Below, piece by piece: positions 25,444-38,989 of a DNA stretch of 64,000 bases. This stretch comes from Hydrolagus colliei (taxonomy: Eukaryota): the NCBI GenBank assembly GCA_035084275.1, contig CM068755.1, positions 12,958,001-13,022,000 on the forward strand. The letters are read 5' to 3'. The translations under genes were made by a program, and so were the position numbers. Within the stretch, counting starts at the first letter, position 1; every line of letters starts with the position of its first letter. Below the pieces are notes generated by a model. The model worked only from the letters and a program-made list of their open reading frames with translations, had not been told where the DNA came from and ran no database searches.

Positions 25444-26851
25444 TGTTTTTATTACTAAGATGACACATATATGATAACGTGAGCAACAACAGTCTTCTTT
25501 AATGCAAAATCTTCAGTTACATACCACCCGACACCATACACATTTTGTCGTACATGATAGGGTTAGTTTAAGACCCTCTTCACTCCAATGAGGGACCTGT
25601 ACAGGGAGTGTGGACTTAGCTCCTAATCATATGGTTCAGATTGCATTTCTCATTCAATCCCAAACATGAGATCCAGATTATTTCGCCTTTGAATTTTAAA
25701 ATATTTTACAGCCACGTGCCTTTAATAAAGATATGAAAACAAAAGCAACAGTGATCATTTGCGATATATTTATAGTGTTCAACCATAATGCTGACCAGTT
25801 GAACATACACAACCTGATCACAAGGTGGGATAATGACACGATGTAATACTAGGAATTGCAGACATCCACTGGAAAGACAGCACATTTACTTTGACAGTAA
25901 TTTACTATAATTGGTCTGCAGTGATTACACTATTGATATCCTGATTTATTTTCCCTAAACCAGCTTCAATTACAATTTCACATTCACAGGTAAGCGTATC
26001 AATTTCTACTATTTCAACACAGTTTCATACAACCCTTGTTCTCAGCCACGGCTCACAGCCTATTTTACTGAAGTGTCACAGAGCCCTGACATTCAGTTCT
26101 GCCCAACCAATTTCTGTGAGATGAATATGACTAATAATCAGTGCAGCCTTTGGACACATACCTCATGGTGTCACAGCAACCATTAAGCCATTTCCTGGGT
26201 CAATACTGGGCTCGTCTGAAAGCCAGTGTCTTGTCTTAATGTCACGGCCCCCTTCTACCTCAGCCATCCATTTGGCATGTTCTGGCATGAGTTATATCCT
26301 GAAAATGCAGATGCGTAATAGTCAATGAGGGTTCTTAAGGGTTCAGTCACTTACTGAGAAAATTAACTCTTTTAGTAATAAATTCATCATACAGCTAGCA
26401 GTGTAGTAATAATATGGGCTAATGTTCTGGGACCAGCCTGACATGCATGACTGCAATGCTCCCAAGGTGCTCGGAATTGGAACAGTATATCGTGAATGTT
26501 AACCCTAGCATGGCTTTTATTTTCAATGCTAAAATAATCCTGGAAATTTGCTTTTGCTTGCTATCTGTTTGGTGCTGTTGGGCTAGGCTGGTAAAACTCT
26601 GATGAATACAATAGTTTGATCATATTAACTCCTACTTAGAAGGGTGATATTTTGTTTGTTTGATGCAACAAGCCAATGCATTTGCACAGCGGTTCTGTGA
26701 ATGTCTTTTCTTTCCCATCCTCCCCCAGCACACATGGTGATCATTACAGAAAGCAAAGAGAGTGAGGGAAGATGCAGAAATATAACAGAGAATAGTTGTA
26801 GCATTAGAATATTGCAGACGTCCCTCCAATGTAACTACTGTATAATACATC

Positions 26852-26955
26852 TAATAATAATAATCCTTGCATTTGACATAGCTGCTTCCACATCATGAGG
26901 ATGTCTCAAAGCACTTCACATGATATACTGCAAAGTGTAGTGACTGTATTCTGTT
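26852..26955 (-). mobile_element. SINE 3' fragment
   Basis: (TAA)n TCCTTGCATTTGACATAG...GTCTCAAAGCACTTCAC. Confidence 0.75.
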
Positions 26956-27352
26956 GCCAAACACTACACCTCATTCACACAATACTTTGGAACACAATAC
27001 ATTTTTGTTTAAAAATATGTTTTTACAATACATTAAATCTCAGCGAACTACAATTTAAACAGTTTGTTTCTGTCAGATGGAGCATTTTTTCCACTCTTCT
27101 AATCACATCAAGACTTGGCTTTGCATTATTCAGTGGGATCTGCATTTTGGATAAACATTACATCTGAGAGCTTGATGTGCGTGTTCTGTTTATTGTTATT
27201 CAGTGCAGAACAACTCCCAGTGAAATTCAATAAGTATTGTGCACATCTTTGGTTATTAATAATAATTAAACACATTTTATAAATTTAATGTGTCCAATGT
27301 TTTTTTTCAAAAAATCTGTGATCCCAGCTGCCTGTTCATGGGAACGTAAGTA

Positions 27353-27605
27353 ATCCCATGACACTATTCGAAAAGAGAAGGGAGTGTCTCCCGGTGTTCT
27401 GGCCAACAATCCCCCAGGCAAAATTGATCATTCACTTCATGGCTGTTTGCGGGTTATTCTTGTGTGCAAAATTGACTGCCACATTCACCTACAAAATACA
27501 GAATCACTTCACATGGCACAGAAAAAAAACACGTGAAGCGCTTTGAGACATCGCTCTGATGTGAAAGGCACTAAATCAAATACAAGCTTTATGACTACTA
27601 TTATT
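27353..27605 (+). mobile_element. Deu-domain SINE, 5'-truncated
   Basis: ATCCCATGACACTATTCGAAAAGAGAAGGGAGTGTCTCCCGGTGTTCTGGCCAAC core plus family tail. Confidence 0.8.
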
Positions 27606-30424
27606 AATTTTAACAAATGACAAAAGGAAATCGATGCAATTCCTCTCTCCACGTAGCATTGATTAGATATAGGAATCTCTTAAATGTGTTTGAACGATAA
27701 TCTTTGAAGTCCGAATTACACTTATTAAAAGTTGCTAACCTAAAGGCAATTGAAGGTTGTAGGAAGCAGAATTCAGTGGGGAGCACTTGGTGAAGGTTAC
27801 TGGCTGCTACACAGTGATGCTGCTGTGGCAGAACATTTAGAAAAACCTCTATGCATGACGTTACTCATAAGTGCAGCTCGGAAAACTACCATTGACCTTT
27901 GGCGAGGAAACTGACATCATAAAGTGTAGACCAAATGGGAATGACATGGCAGATTAAGGTGCTTTTAAATTATGCATTTACTCCAGACACCTGGGGAGAT
28001 TGTGTGATACAGAGAGACGGAAAGAGGGAGATACAGAAGAGCAGGAAAGATGATTTGAAAACAAATAAAGGAAGAAACAGGGAAGACGCAGGGACAGTTT
28101 GCTGTGCTGAGAAATGTTTAACCTTAAGAGTAAGGAGAGAAAAGTCAGTTATTCGAATGTAAAGAAATCCAGAGAGAGAGACAATTTTTATTACTGTTGT
28201 TGCTCATATCAAGTAGTTCAGATTTAGCGCATTTACATAGCGGAGTCATTCTTTAAACTCCTAGTGCTGTGTGCTACAGGCTAGTTTATTTTCTCATTCA
28301 CACACCTATGACAAGTGGAGCCTTGCAAATCTATAACATAAGTGGACAGATCCAACTGTTTCCTCACACCCTGGCTAACTGCCTTTTCACACATTATAAA
28401 AGACTCATCGTGAACTACAAAATACATCACAGCACACTGAACATAGCAAGGCAATGACTGAGCCCTACTAAAACCAACCTTTCACTTAAATCTGAGTTCA
28501 AGTCTATTGTGGGCAATATCTAGTATCCTGTGGATACTGTTAATGAAGCCTTTTCATGACTCCATTGCCCCACTACCAAATTAAGATGCATGTAAAATGG
28601 GTTTATCATGGGCAAGCTTTCAAGCAGTTTGCCCCCATTCTCCAGAGCTTTGTTTCTCTACCTCGCCCCCTCCCTTCCGCCTTCAAAACTCGCCTTAATA
28701 TCCCTTCAACTGCACTTTGGGGAGGACATCTCAAAGTGCTTCACAGGACTTACAGTGTAGCGACCGTGTATTCTCTACATGAAGGATTGGAATCTATTTG
28801 AACTGTTTGTCCCTGTTAGTTTTCCCCTCTACTCCCCAAAAGTTGGGAACACTTCTAAGTACAGTACACCCTGCACATCACACAAATGGCCTAACCTTGG
28901 TTACTTTATGCATTGGTTACTTTCAAACGGAAGACCAGATTTATGCAAATAAATCTTTCGACATCCGATCTTATTATTAAACATTTAACAATCATGTGAA
29001 ACTTAACAGGCTATAAAAATCCTATTGGTGTTCATTTCTTTCCCACAAAAATCCAATTATTTTCCCTTCCCCCAATCCACCCTACAACAACAACAACACT
29101 GTATAGCGCCTTTCACGCCTCCATTCCCCCCCACCACCCCCACACCCACCCACCAAATGCAGTATTACTCAAAATAATTCATCAGAGCATATTGCAGACT
29201 GTAATTTTTGCACACATCACTGCTAAGAAAATTAATCATACATCTTAAAATTCAAGTGATTAAACCAATTTATTTGTTTTGTGTGATGTGTACAACTCTG
29301 TCTATATCTTCTATATCCCTTTCCACACAGCAGCTTGAGATGTTGTTTGTTATTGCATCTGTGCTAGATATGAACCAACTTCAATGATAGGAGATGATGA
29401 GTGATCTAGAACTGTGCTTACTTCCAAGTCCCTATGAAATACTTGGGGGGGGTGGGGGGGGAGGGAATATGTGCAATCATAGCAAGAATGCTTTTCAAAA
29501 CTGAAATTTATCTATAGATTCACAAAGGATCATCTGGGTAGACTGATGAACATTGAGCTGTTACTGCAATAAAGCTTGTCAGGGCCCCTCCAGAAATATT
29601 TAAGTCATGCCTTCTGATAACCCTCAGCAAAGAGTAAGTGATTTGATCAGATTTGAGGTATCGTTGTGCCGGTTGTCTGACAGCCGGTCCTTTCCGTGTC
29701 TGGAAATCTGCCGTGTCTTTCCAGTGTATGAGAGCAGTAAGAAATTATGTGGCATTATTTGAAGACAGAGTGCACTAATAAGCAGGGTTCAAGGGCAAAG
29801 GCTATAGTGTTGCAAATTGCAAGTCTATACAGATATATGGCGTTCACTAACAGGGGACTGGGCTCAGTGGTTTATTTACTGAAATACCTAAAACGAATTG
29901 TGATTTTGCCACAGTAAAACACCTTTCACACTTCATGTCCTTCCCACTTTCACTATGTAGTTTAACAAACATGGGTCAAATTAAAAAGGCAAGGGCTTTC
30001 TATACAACCTTTCAAATCCTGCCAAAACGGTAGAATTGTCTTAGTATATAACCCAAAGGTTACCTCTGCAACCGGAATAAACATGTTTGAACACTTAAAA
30101 CCTATTCATCATTTGCTCTTGGACTTTCCTGAATTGCTATTAGGTGTTGCATTAAGCAGCAGTGAGCTACCATATCAATGAACAGGAGTAGATGAAATTA
30201 CCACATGACAGGCTATCATTTATGGCCATATTAGCTTAGAGCAGTGCAGCTGACACTATCCTTGACTTCAGTGCAGTTGACATTAACCCTGATTTCTGCA
30301 GCCCTCCTCCTGTTGGTTTCTGCCCGGCCCCTAAAGCAAATACAACCAGTACCATAGGACAACCATAGGTTTGAGTTTGCCTTATCTGTCTGGCAAGGGA
30401 GGATATCTCAGCCAAACCCCAAAG

Positions 30425-30552
30425 GCTAGCTTGGCTTCAGACGCTATACCCACAATCTCTGAAACTCCCTGCTTCAATCCCTCCATCTTGCCGCCTCTTT
30501 GCCAAGCTTCAAATCATACATGAAAAGTGTCCTCCTCAACCATGCTTTTAGT
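30425..30552 (+). mobile_element. old L2 ORF2 3' fragment
   Basis: CTCTGAAACTCCCTGCTTCAATCCCTCCATCTTGCC...CTTCAAATC is similar to the LWNSLP..L.LA..FK region of the L2 copies at 60 and 63 kb. Confidence 0.6.
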
Positions 30553-31489
30553 GTAAGAGGCCTACCAACTGAGTCAGGCTGATATCTATTTATTTACTTA
30601 TTTAGGATTAATATGTAATTTAAGTGTGCCAAAATCCACTGCATCAAAACTGACCCAGGAAAAAATAAAACCTGAATTTTATTTCTTCATTGTCAAGCTT
30701 CTGGCAATGAAGACATGCAACAAATGTCTTCAACACAAAATCACACTCTGTAAAAAGAGAATAAGTGACTTTTCAGTGCTATGAAATACTTTAATGTTGT
30801 TATTATGGATGTGGTGCAATAATGCTTTTCCACAAGCTCAAGGTTCATCCAGTACAGAGGCTGTTTTCAATCATATACTGTCCCTGAAGAATATTTGTTG
30901 ATTAATCATAGAAATACCGTTATCCTAAAGGCTGCATTTAAAAATTTAAGGAGGTTTATTGTACAGCAATGATAAATCAATTCACCCTGGCCTAAAAGGA
31001 CAAATGTGATCTCTAAATGTGTTTAATGTGGGGCAGAAGCTTTGGACTGGCCTGCCAGCCAATCCAGACCGTCCAATGCTGGAAAAGCAGTGAATTATGT
31101 AGGAGCACACTATTCATACCATGCTTTCCCAGGTCAGAGAATTTCAGCTCTGCTCACAGTCCACCAGAAGAATATGTGTCTCAACTAAATGAGAAAAGTT
31201 GGATTTGTCACTGCAGTGAAACTCTGCTTTCATGAATATAGTTTGCTTTTCCCTTCTACATCAAGGGTGAATACTAAACCACTGTACTTCCTGTAGGCTT
31301 TGTTCTCCCTTTCAGTGTTGGGTGCTGATTGCCAGAAGAATCTCAACACATTTCAGCCAGTCAGTGAGGCATGTACTATTGCTAAGCTTTAACTGATCTT
31401 GTAAGTGGATGTACAAGCACCCTGTTTCCAGAAGCATGGCAAAATCGGCTGTGCAACAAAAAGCAATTTACTAGAGACATAAACTGTGT

Positions 31490-31830
31490 ATTAAAATAAT
31501 GAATTCTTCATTATTAAAAATGGCTTTTTATTAATCTTTCCTTGATGCTGGGCATAATGAGTGACACCATCAGAGCTTGCTAATTACAAAGGGCATTTGT
31601 TAAGGCTCATTGGAGATTTATTTTCTAATTGTAGCAAAAAAAACACCCAACAACTTTCAATTGTGTTTTACTATTTCTAAAATGACCTTTGTACTTTGGT
31701 TATACCTTTCGAATTCATTTGCTCCGGCATTTATAATGGTTGACTGGCTGATCAATTAATAATCAGATACAGGTCACGATTAACTGACTGCACTATTCAT
31801 TAATCATCACATCTCTAAATGTCAACATAC
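31490..31830. promoter_or_regulatory. candidate conserved enhancer
   Basis: Repeat-free, dense in TAAT/ATTA clusters, with TGACCTTTG and AGGTCA nuclear-receptor half sites. Confidence 0.4.
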
Positions 31831-33566
31831 GCTATCTGGGGAATATAGGCTGAACCTTGAAGATTTCATTGGATGCAGAAGAGTGGAGTCTTTGCAATGA
31901 GCACAAGGGACAAGCCCTAGCTAGCTTAAAAAGCTCAGCTTTCCTTACATTTTCCAATACATTAAATGCACGTATAATTGTTTTCTAGTTCGAAATGTGG
32001 GATATGTAATGAACTTTAACCTCATCCGCCAATTTGAAACAAGGGCACCTTTTATCTGCAAGATTTGCTCTCCCCAACCCCGTTGCAATCTCTAGTGTGT
32101 TTATTTAATTAAAGCTGCATTATTATTATTAGTATTTGTGGGTCTTAAGCAGTCAGTGTGCAATTTGTCAAACATTCACGTTACAAAACCCTCAATTTAG
32201 TTGCTTCCTATTATTGTGCAAGCACATCTTTAAAAAGGAGAATACAGCATTCAAACACTAAAGACTGCATCAGTACCTTTCTTTATCTCTGCATAATTTG
32301 CTCTCTCTGAATTAAAAACTAGCGAGAGGTAGGGCATTTCGGGTATGTGTTTCATAAGAGTGTTGTAAAGTATTTTACCTAATAGGCACATTGAAGGAAA
32401 CTCAATCTTCTTGTTAAGTTATTCTGTTAATCTCAGGTTTGCAGTAAGATATTAAAGTGCCTTGTATTTACATATGCACAGAATCCTGCTGTTCAGGACT
32501 CTCCATTCAGAAGACAAGGCAATTAATCATAGCCAAATACTCCTACAGAGTCGCCGAGTACCCTAACTGTTCTATGTGCCAATGAATAAGCAGGTGTAAA
32601 CCACAACACAGCAAATCTGTCAGACGAAAATTAAACTCCACAATAGTTTGAATGCACAAAGAGTGCATTAATAATTAACTTTATTAACACATAATGACAT
32701 AACACAAAGACTTCAAAAAACTTTTACGGTTCCAAAAGAATCTGATTGTTCATTTTAACACATTAAGGCTAAGTTTAATAAAAGCTACCAAGATGAATGC
32801 AAGAGTTTTGCATGATTGCCTTCAGTTCTTAAAGAGGGAGGGAGAATATTTTTTAAAATATGCTTGGAACCTTAACTCATTCACTGTAGACCACTGAATA
32901 ATGTACTTTTGTGCCACAGCATTTTTTAAATGCTATATGATTGGAATTTGGGAATCAATGCATTTATAACACAATTCCTTTGTACCAACATAATACTTGA
33001 CCTTCATAAAACCCAACAACATGTTCCTGTTATACAGTATGCTCAATCAATACAGTTTAACAAAACCTGCCCTCAAGGAGTTAATACTTCTGAACAAATG
33101 CTCTAATTCTATTGCTTGCACTTGAACAATGAGGTGTTTATTTATGTGCAGTACAAATAAATTGACATTCAATGACACAATGCCTAGTCAGATTCCTGGC
33201 TTGTCATTATGCAGCGTGTCCATATGCAATGATATACTTCACGCTAAGCTTAAATAATTCAATTGATGAATTAATGTTGTTCAAAGGAAACTTTTTTTCC
33301 ACTAGTGACTAAACCCATCGTCCTCCACTTTATGTTTAAAAAAAATTATTCCAAATAATTAAAACCTTCTTAATGCTGATATATGGTAATGCTGTATATC
33401 AATAGTTTTAGATAGCTGAACTTGAATAGGATTCAAAATTATCAGTCACTGTCAAAGTGCTAAAAATCCAGTTGGTTCCAAGAATTACAAAATGCAGGCA
33501 AGTTAATTTGTAATCGATGTGCATTAAACTATCCCATTGTTTTCTTGGAGGTATAAATATTTACTT

Positions 33567-33697
33567 NNNNNNNNNNNNNNNNNNNNNNNNNNNNNNNNNN
33601 NNNNNNNNNNNNNNNNNNNNNNNNNNNNNNNNNNNNNNNNNNNNNNNNNNNNNNNNNNNNNNNNNNNNNNNNNNNNNNNNNNNNNNNNNNNNNNNNN
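33567..33697. other. assembly gap (131 N)
   Basis: Run of N. Confidence 1.
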
Positions 33698-35499
33698 CCT
33701 CATTTCACCACCATTTTTCTTTGCATGAGTTTGAAATCAGTGAACGAATTTGCTTAAGAAAAATCAGTAGATAATCATGATGTGTTTTCTCTGTCCCTAC
33801 GACACAGATGGGTGATTAATATATTTGATAATGTGCCTGTATTGCTTACATTGTGTGTGTTTGACCACACAGTAAGCATAATTATTTTTCCTCACTATAG
33901 CTATTATCTTCAAGGTTTTACGATCAATAATTCCTGTGATATTTGTGTAACAGACACAGAATAATCAATAGCGGGTCATATAAAGTAAATTACATTTCTC
34001 ACAGTCTGAATTTTTTTCTGTTGATGAGAAGGATTTTTTATTAGCTGATTAGAGCCTTGTATTCCATTTTAACCCATGGAATGATGAATTACAAATAAAA
34101 AAAATAAAAAAATTAAAAACTTGCATACCGATGATATGTTTTGTGCAGGATTTTGACCATTATTTATATGCATGCCATAAAAATGTGTTGTGTAGTGTTC
34201 AGAGAATTCGATATATATATATTAAAAAAACAAAGGAGTTTTCCAGAACTAAGCAGCATCGCTTTTCAGTGAGTAGACAGTAATGATTCTGTACATAGAC
34301 TATAGACACAGATACTGGAACATGGCCAGTGACAAAGCTTTACCAGCAGTACACCATCATGATATGGATTTACACGCAGACTACCGATGCTCTGAGCCAG
34401 AAATCCCATTGCTCATTTCCAATATTTTAATGCTTGCCAGTTGCTTTAGCTCATATGTCTACTGCTATCAATCACTAATTGCATCTATATCAGTAGGTAC
34501 CTGGGATCAAAAGGATGAGGCAAAACCGGAATGCACTGATATTAGCTATTGATTTCTATGCGAAAAACACATGGTTCATTCTGGGAAGCTGCCATATGCT
34601 TTCAACCTCATTGTAGAAATCGTCATAAACCATTATAAAGATTGCCAATGTTGGACTGAAAAATATTCTACTCAACACAGTGTGCAAATTATAAGGCATT
34701 AATACTTCCTAAGTAGGTATTGTTGCTGACCACAAGTAGTGTGTTTCAGGCAATAGAATTGATAATTGGATATTATGTAAGGCATTTAATTTGATGCAAA
34801 CATCTTGTCAATGTAAACCGAGGAGGGGTTGAAGGGGAAGATGCACTCTCACAATGATGGATGAATTGAAAAACACGAAAAACCTCCTCTCTTGCGTGAT
34901 ACAACCGAAACAATAATAAAAATAGCGCTTTATTGCAAACGTCTTAAGCTCCACTGAAATAATCAGCACAAATCTATTTCAAGGTGAAGTCAATCGGTTG
35001 AGCCTGCTGAATGAAACCAAACACCTAAAGGAAATTAAAAGTTGGAACCATCTAGACTCTATTCTGAATGTATCTCTTGAGCAATACTGTCTTTTGGTCT
35101 TTTGTGACCCAAGTGGCAGCTTCTGGGTGCTTTCACCCCCCACCCCCCCACCCTCTTCCTTTCTGGTAGAAACACTCTGAATGCTGGTTTGTTCATCATT
35201 ATAAATTACCACAATATAGTCATAATCAATAATCTTACTATTACCAGAATCACTGTCAGCGTATGTTACTCTTTGTATCAGTGCTGTTATTTAATTACTC
35301 AGGAAACAGATTGAAACATTAAGTGCGTTAAAAATCTATTGAACTGCATTTGTTATTGCTATGTCAGTCTTGACGGAAGAATTACCTTCTAATGTGAAAT
35401 AAACCCAGAATAGTCAAGGCGGCTGACTTGAAATAACCTGGAAAAAAAATATTGGCCATTTACAACATTTATATTTACATATGTACAGAGTCCTAGATA

Positions 35500-35830
35500 A
35501 TGATTCAGGTGTTCTAGCGCACAAAACCTATGTCGGATGGTTTGTCAAACTTTGTCTTGAGAGAAGAACATATTTCTGAAGTAATTTCGAGCAGTACAAT
35601 TTCAGTCAATTGTGGTCAGAAAAAGAAAGAAAAGATTCATGGAAGATGTGATGCTGGTGACATCACAGCACAGGATTTCAGAACTTCAACCACAAATGTG
35701 TTAGTCACAGGAGAAATTGGATATCAATGTACATTTGTGGGTGGTTATCACTTCAAAATCTTTAATGTGGTTCACAATTCAGATCCTCTTTATGAAGCTG
35801 AAGAATCCGACATTTTTTAACTGTTCTACT
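35500..35830 (+). pseudogene. decayed Harbinger transposase, N-terminal/middle part
   Basis: ORF 35530-35820 reads HISE...AQDFRTSTTNVLVTGEIGYQCTFV.GYH...NV.VHNS, colinear with the family pattern GISQ...AxGFxxIAGFPxVxGAIDCTHV...GYHSINV...VHDS. It lies directly upstream of the stronger C-terminal piece once the two inserts are removed. Confidence 0.4.
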
Positions 35831-35849
35831 CGAAACCGCTCCCATTTGA

Positions 35850-36010
35850 ATAATACAATAATAATCCTTGCATTTGATATAGCACTGTTCACGGCTTCTA
35901 GACATCTCAAAGTACTTCACAGAATATGCTGTAAAGTGAATTGACTGTATATTCGTGGGTGAAACGCGGCAGACAATTGAGCACAACAATGTCCCACAAA
36001 CAGTCATGAA
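35850..36010 (-). mobile_element. SINE 3' half
   Basis: AATAATCCTTGCATTTGATATAGCAC...GTCCCACAAACAGTCATG, reverse complement of the family body. Confidence 0.85.
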
Positions 36011-36014
36011 TCTA

Positions 36015-36220
36015 ACCTCTCTTCGACCCCAGCACCCACTCCATGACTACCTGCTATTTCCTCCCTTTTGCCAGTTACTAATACACATTCATGTCTTACT
36101 CCAGTTACCCGATGACCTACGTTTGCAGAGGAATCTCTCATGTGTCATTTTGGTGAAGGCCTTTTGAAGTCTAAATACACCAAGTCATAGGATTTTCCAG
36201 GGTCAATTGGGCATGTTACC
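36015..36220 (-). mobile_element. CR1 reverse transcriptase fragment
   Basis: Minus-strand translation VTCPIDPGKSYDLVYLDFK/AFTKMTHERFL (one frameshift) matches the CR1 motif DVVYLDFQKAFDKVPHxRLL. Confidence 0.8.
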
Positions 36221-36221
36221 T

Positions 36222-36420
36222 TGGCTTCTCACTCCTATTTGGTGTCCAAATGTTGACATCAGCAGAGGTGAGGAACGATAGCAGATCCTGATTAAAGATA
36301 AGCTCAAAATCCTGAAGCAGCAGTTCCAGTGCATCGATCAATCAACCCTAGGGAGCCCATTAATAATCCCTCGGGACATCCATACGTATGATAGTCTGCT
36401 GCATACTGAACAACCTTACT
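36222..36420 (+). pseudogene. decayed Harbinger transposase, C-terminal part
   Basis: WLLTP (36222), AEVRN, ILKQQFQCIDQS (36309-36344) and MIVCCILNNL (36388-36417) correspond, in order, to HARBI1-family WLMTP...AExRYN...LKxRFRCLDxS...IVVCCxLHNL. Confidence 0.75.
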
Positions 36421-36689
36421 TATAATTCCCTCCAAAGACGGGGGCTTTGTGGAGAACAGGGAGACTACTGTCCTTGAACTTGCTGCTTCAAAGCAAGGGC
36501 AACGAGTGGACCACAAATAACATGTGAAGGCTTGAATTAGGGAAGTACCTATAGTATCCTAATGAAATGCTGTGACAGTTCAGTGTTGATATCGTACAAT
36601 GGATCCTGTTCAGTATCACAAGAGACAAATATAAAATATTAAATTTAAAACAAACTCGGACACGTTAATTCTTCGAATTGTCACGGATT

Positions 36690-37110
36690 GCATTTTTATT
36701 GAACCGAGTGCAGAGCATGTGCCTTTAAGTTCTATTCAGCGTGCGTTCCTGGAAGCTTTTTCTTTCATGTGCCGCTCTTGGTTTGTGCGCTAATTATGCT
36801 GGTTCGAGCTCTCGCACCCTTTGTAGTCCTGTGGAGGCTGGTGGAGGCCTGAGATTCTCTGGAAGGTCGATGGGATGATGCAGAGAGACCTGGCCCCGCG
36901 TTGCAATGGAACAGATGGCTCAGCTTCTGCACTTGACTTTGCAGACCCTTCAGTTGCTGCAAGCTCAGTGGTTGAAGACTGCTTAAAAAGACATCTGTCC
37001 GAGGCCTTGGCATTGTGTTACAGTGAGGAAGCAACCAGCAGCGGGGTCCCAATTGCAACTCCAATGCGCAAACACCTCCTGCCAGTGACCAGAGATCGAA
37101 CATCGCACCT
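36690..37110 (-). pseudogene. convergent ORF remnant, possibly the 3' end of a Harbinger Myb/SANT-like partner gene
   Basis: GC-richer ORF (36765-37103) with a heptad-like stretch LQQLKGLQSQVQKLSHL and an S/R/T-rich tail. AATAAA lies on the minus strand at 36700-36695. It faces the transposase 3' end. No SANT domain is visible. Confidence 0.35.
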
Positions 37111-38124
37111 TGTGCAAGCCAATAAGATGTTTTTTCTTTTCGAAAAGATTTAAGATACCGGTAACCGTATTTTTCTTAATCCTGCAGAATTGTCGAAATT
37201 TGTTAAAATTCGGTTTCGGCTTCCAAATTAAGACACGTTGAAGAATGATTCCACAAATTTTCAGCAACTGAGAAAACTATGGCTATTCATAGCATGAGGC
37301 AGTGGTTGGAGCGGTGGTGAGAGAGGCGGAGTGGAAAGTAAAGGTGCCAAACATATATGGGGCCCGCTTAGACCTCAAGGCCCTTAATCATGTGTCAATT
37401 GATTGATTAGTTGATCTGACCATGCCATTACCTGATGCAGTTTAAATGTAAACTATTACAAGCAATGGCAATGGATCATTGATGAATAGAATGCCATTCC
37501 CCTTTAAATACTTCATTCCTTGTAATGTATAACCTTCTTCTGTGACGCTACCTGACCACAGCATATTAGAACCTGTCGCTAATAACATTTATTTGCAGCA
37601 GTAAATTGTTGCTAATGTTTACTGGCATCTTGCCACAATATACTATATAATGGAAAAGACTATCTTTGAGTGCTGTTATCCTGTAAGGTACTTAAAGTTC
37701 CAACAAAAATGGTTGTAATCATCAGAGGGGAAAACAAACTGGATTCAAGCGAAGCTCGGAGATGATGTCAAACATTCAGCAAATTCCACAAGTGAAAACA
37801 GATTCCTAGCCTGACACGTGAGGTACAGCAATGACAAAGTATGTGAGTTTAATATCCCCACATAGTATTTCCCTTTTAGGGGTTCTTTCACTAATGCTTT
37901 CCTTTACTGAAAATGATACTCTACAACTTTGTGCTGTAATAACTCCTTGTCAGAGAAGCGTAAAATGCCATCTGTACAACACAATCTTGCAAACCGCACT
38001 ATGCAGAATTACCTCTGCTTTAACTCTTGCAAGGCTAAACTCAATTGGCTCTCTTTAGAGCTAGATGGATGTGTTTGTTTTGCTTCTAGGTTTTAACGCT
38101 GTTCACCTTTGAATGCTGGTCTTC

Positions 38125-38410
38125 GTTAATTCAGGTCCAATGTTGTGACTTTGAGCTCATTCTCCAGGCTGACACAGTGCTGCAGGAAGCCTTACACTGT
38201 AGGAGGTGCTATCCTATGGGTGAGATATAAACCAAAGTCCTGTCTTGTCTTGTTCAGTTGGATATTAAAGATCTTATAGCACTATTTGTGAAAAATAGAG
38301 TATCTGCATTGTTACAGCTACAATCCTTGAGATAAAATTGCTGTGTTCGCCTACAAAATAGACAGTCACTATATGCAGTAAATCCTGAGATGTACTTTGA
38401 GACGTTTTGA
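38125..38410 (+). mobile_element. Deu-domain SINE, degraded
   Basis: CAGGCTGACACAGTGCTG...GGAGGTGC...GAGATATAAACCAAAGTCCTGTC...GGATATTAAAGATC. Confidence 0.7.
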
Positions 38411-38989
38411 TGTTTATTTTACTTCTTTTTCTCAGTAAACAGGGTTGGTGTAATGAACTGCATGTGCTATTACTCCAGGAAACTCATTTAAATTGCTTTC
38501 AAAGCGTTAACTGGTTTTACATTGTTTGCACACTGGGAGAGTAATACCCAAGTAAGCATCACAGACCCTAATGCTTTGATCTTTGATTCAGTAACTCAAG
38601 ATATGAGATAGATTAGGACAATAAGGATACTGTGTGGATTTTCATGTTGTACACGTGGCATGTAGCTTTCATGAACACCCCCCACCATCCCCATTCCCAA
38701 ATATTGTTTCTTGAGTGCAACGCTGCATTGTATAAAGTCACAGCTAAAAATAGCAGACCGGAATCTGAAACCAGAGCATCTGCTAAACTCACGTGATCCA
38801 TCCAGATGTTTAGTCCCAGATGTTAGCACGCTCACCTGTATGCTGAGGACCTTGTCCCCCTCCCCCCCACCACCCCCTCCCATCTCCCTCCTTCCCCAAC
38901 TAACCGCAATCCGTATGCCAATGAACTCAAAGGTTGGCACTAATCCCTGATATTGATTGGCTATCTTTTGGACAAGGGTTGTAAATTCT

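Noticed and set aside
27740-27860. Harbinger-like words (AIEGC, YWLL..DAA, SMHD)
   Set aside because: The motifs are out of the expected order, so they are probably chance
33517-33774. ORFs spanning the N run
   Set aside because: Artefact of the assembly gap
37355-37390. GGCCC-TTA as the right terminal repeat of the 35.5-37.1 kb Harbinger fossil
   Set aside because: No matching left terminal repeat found
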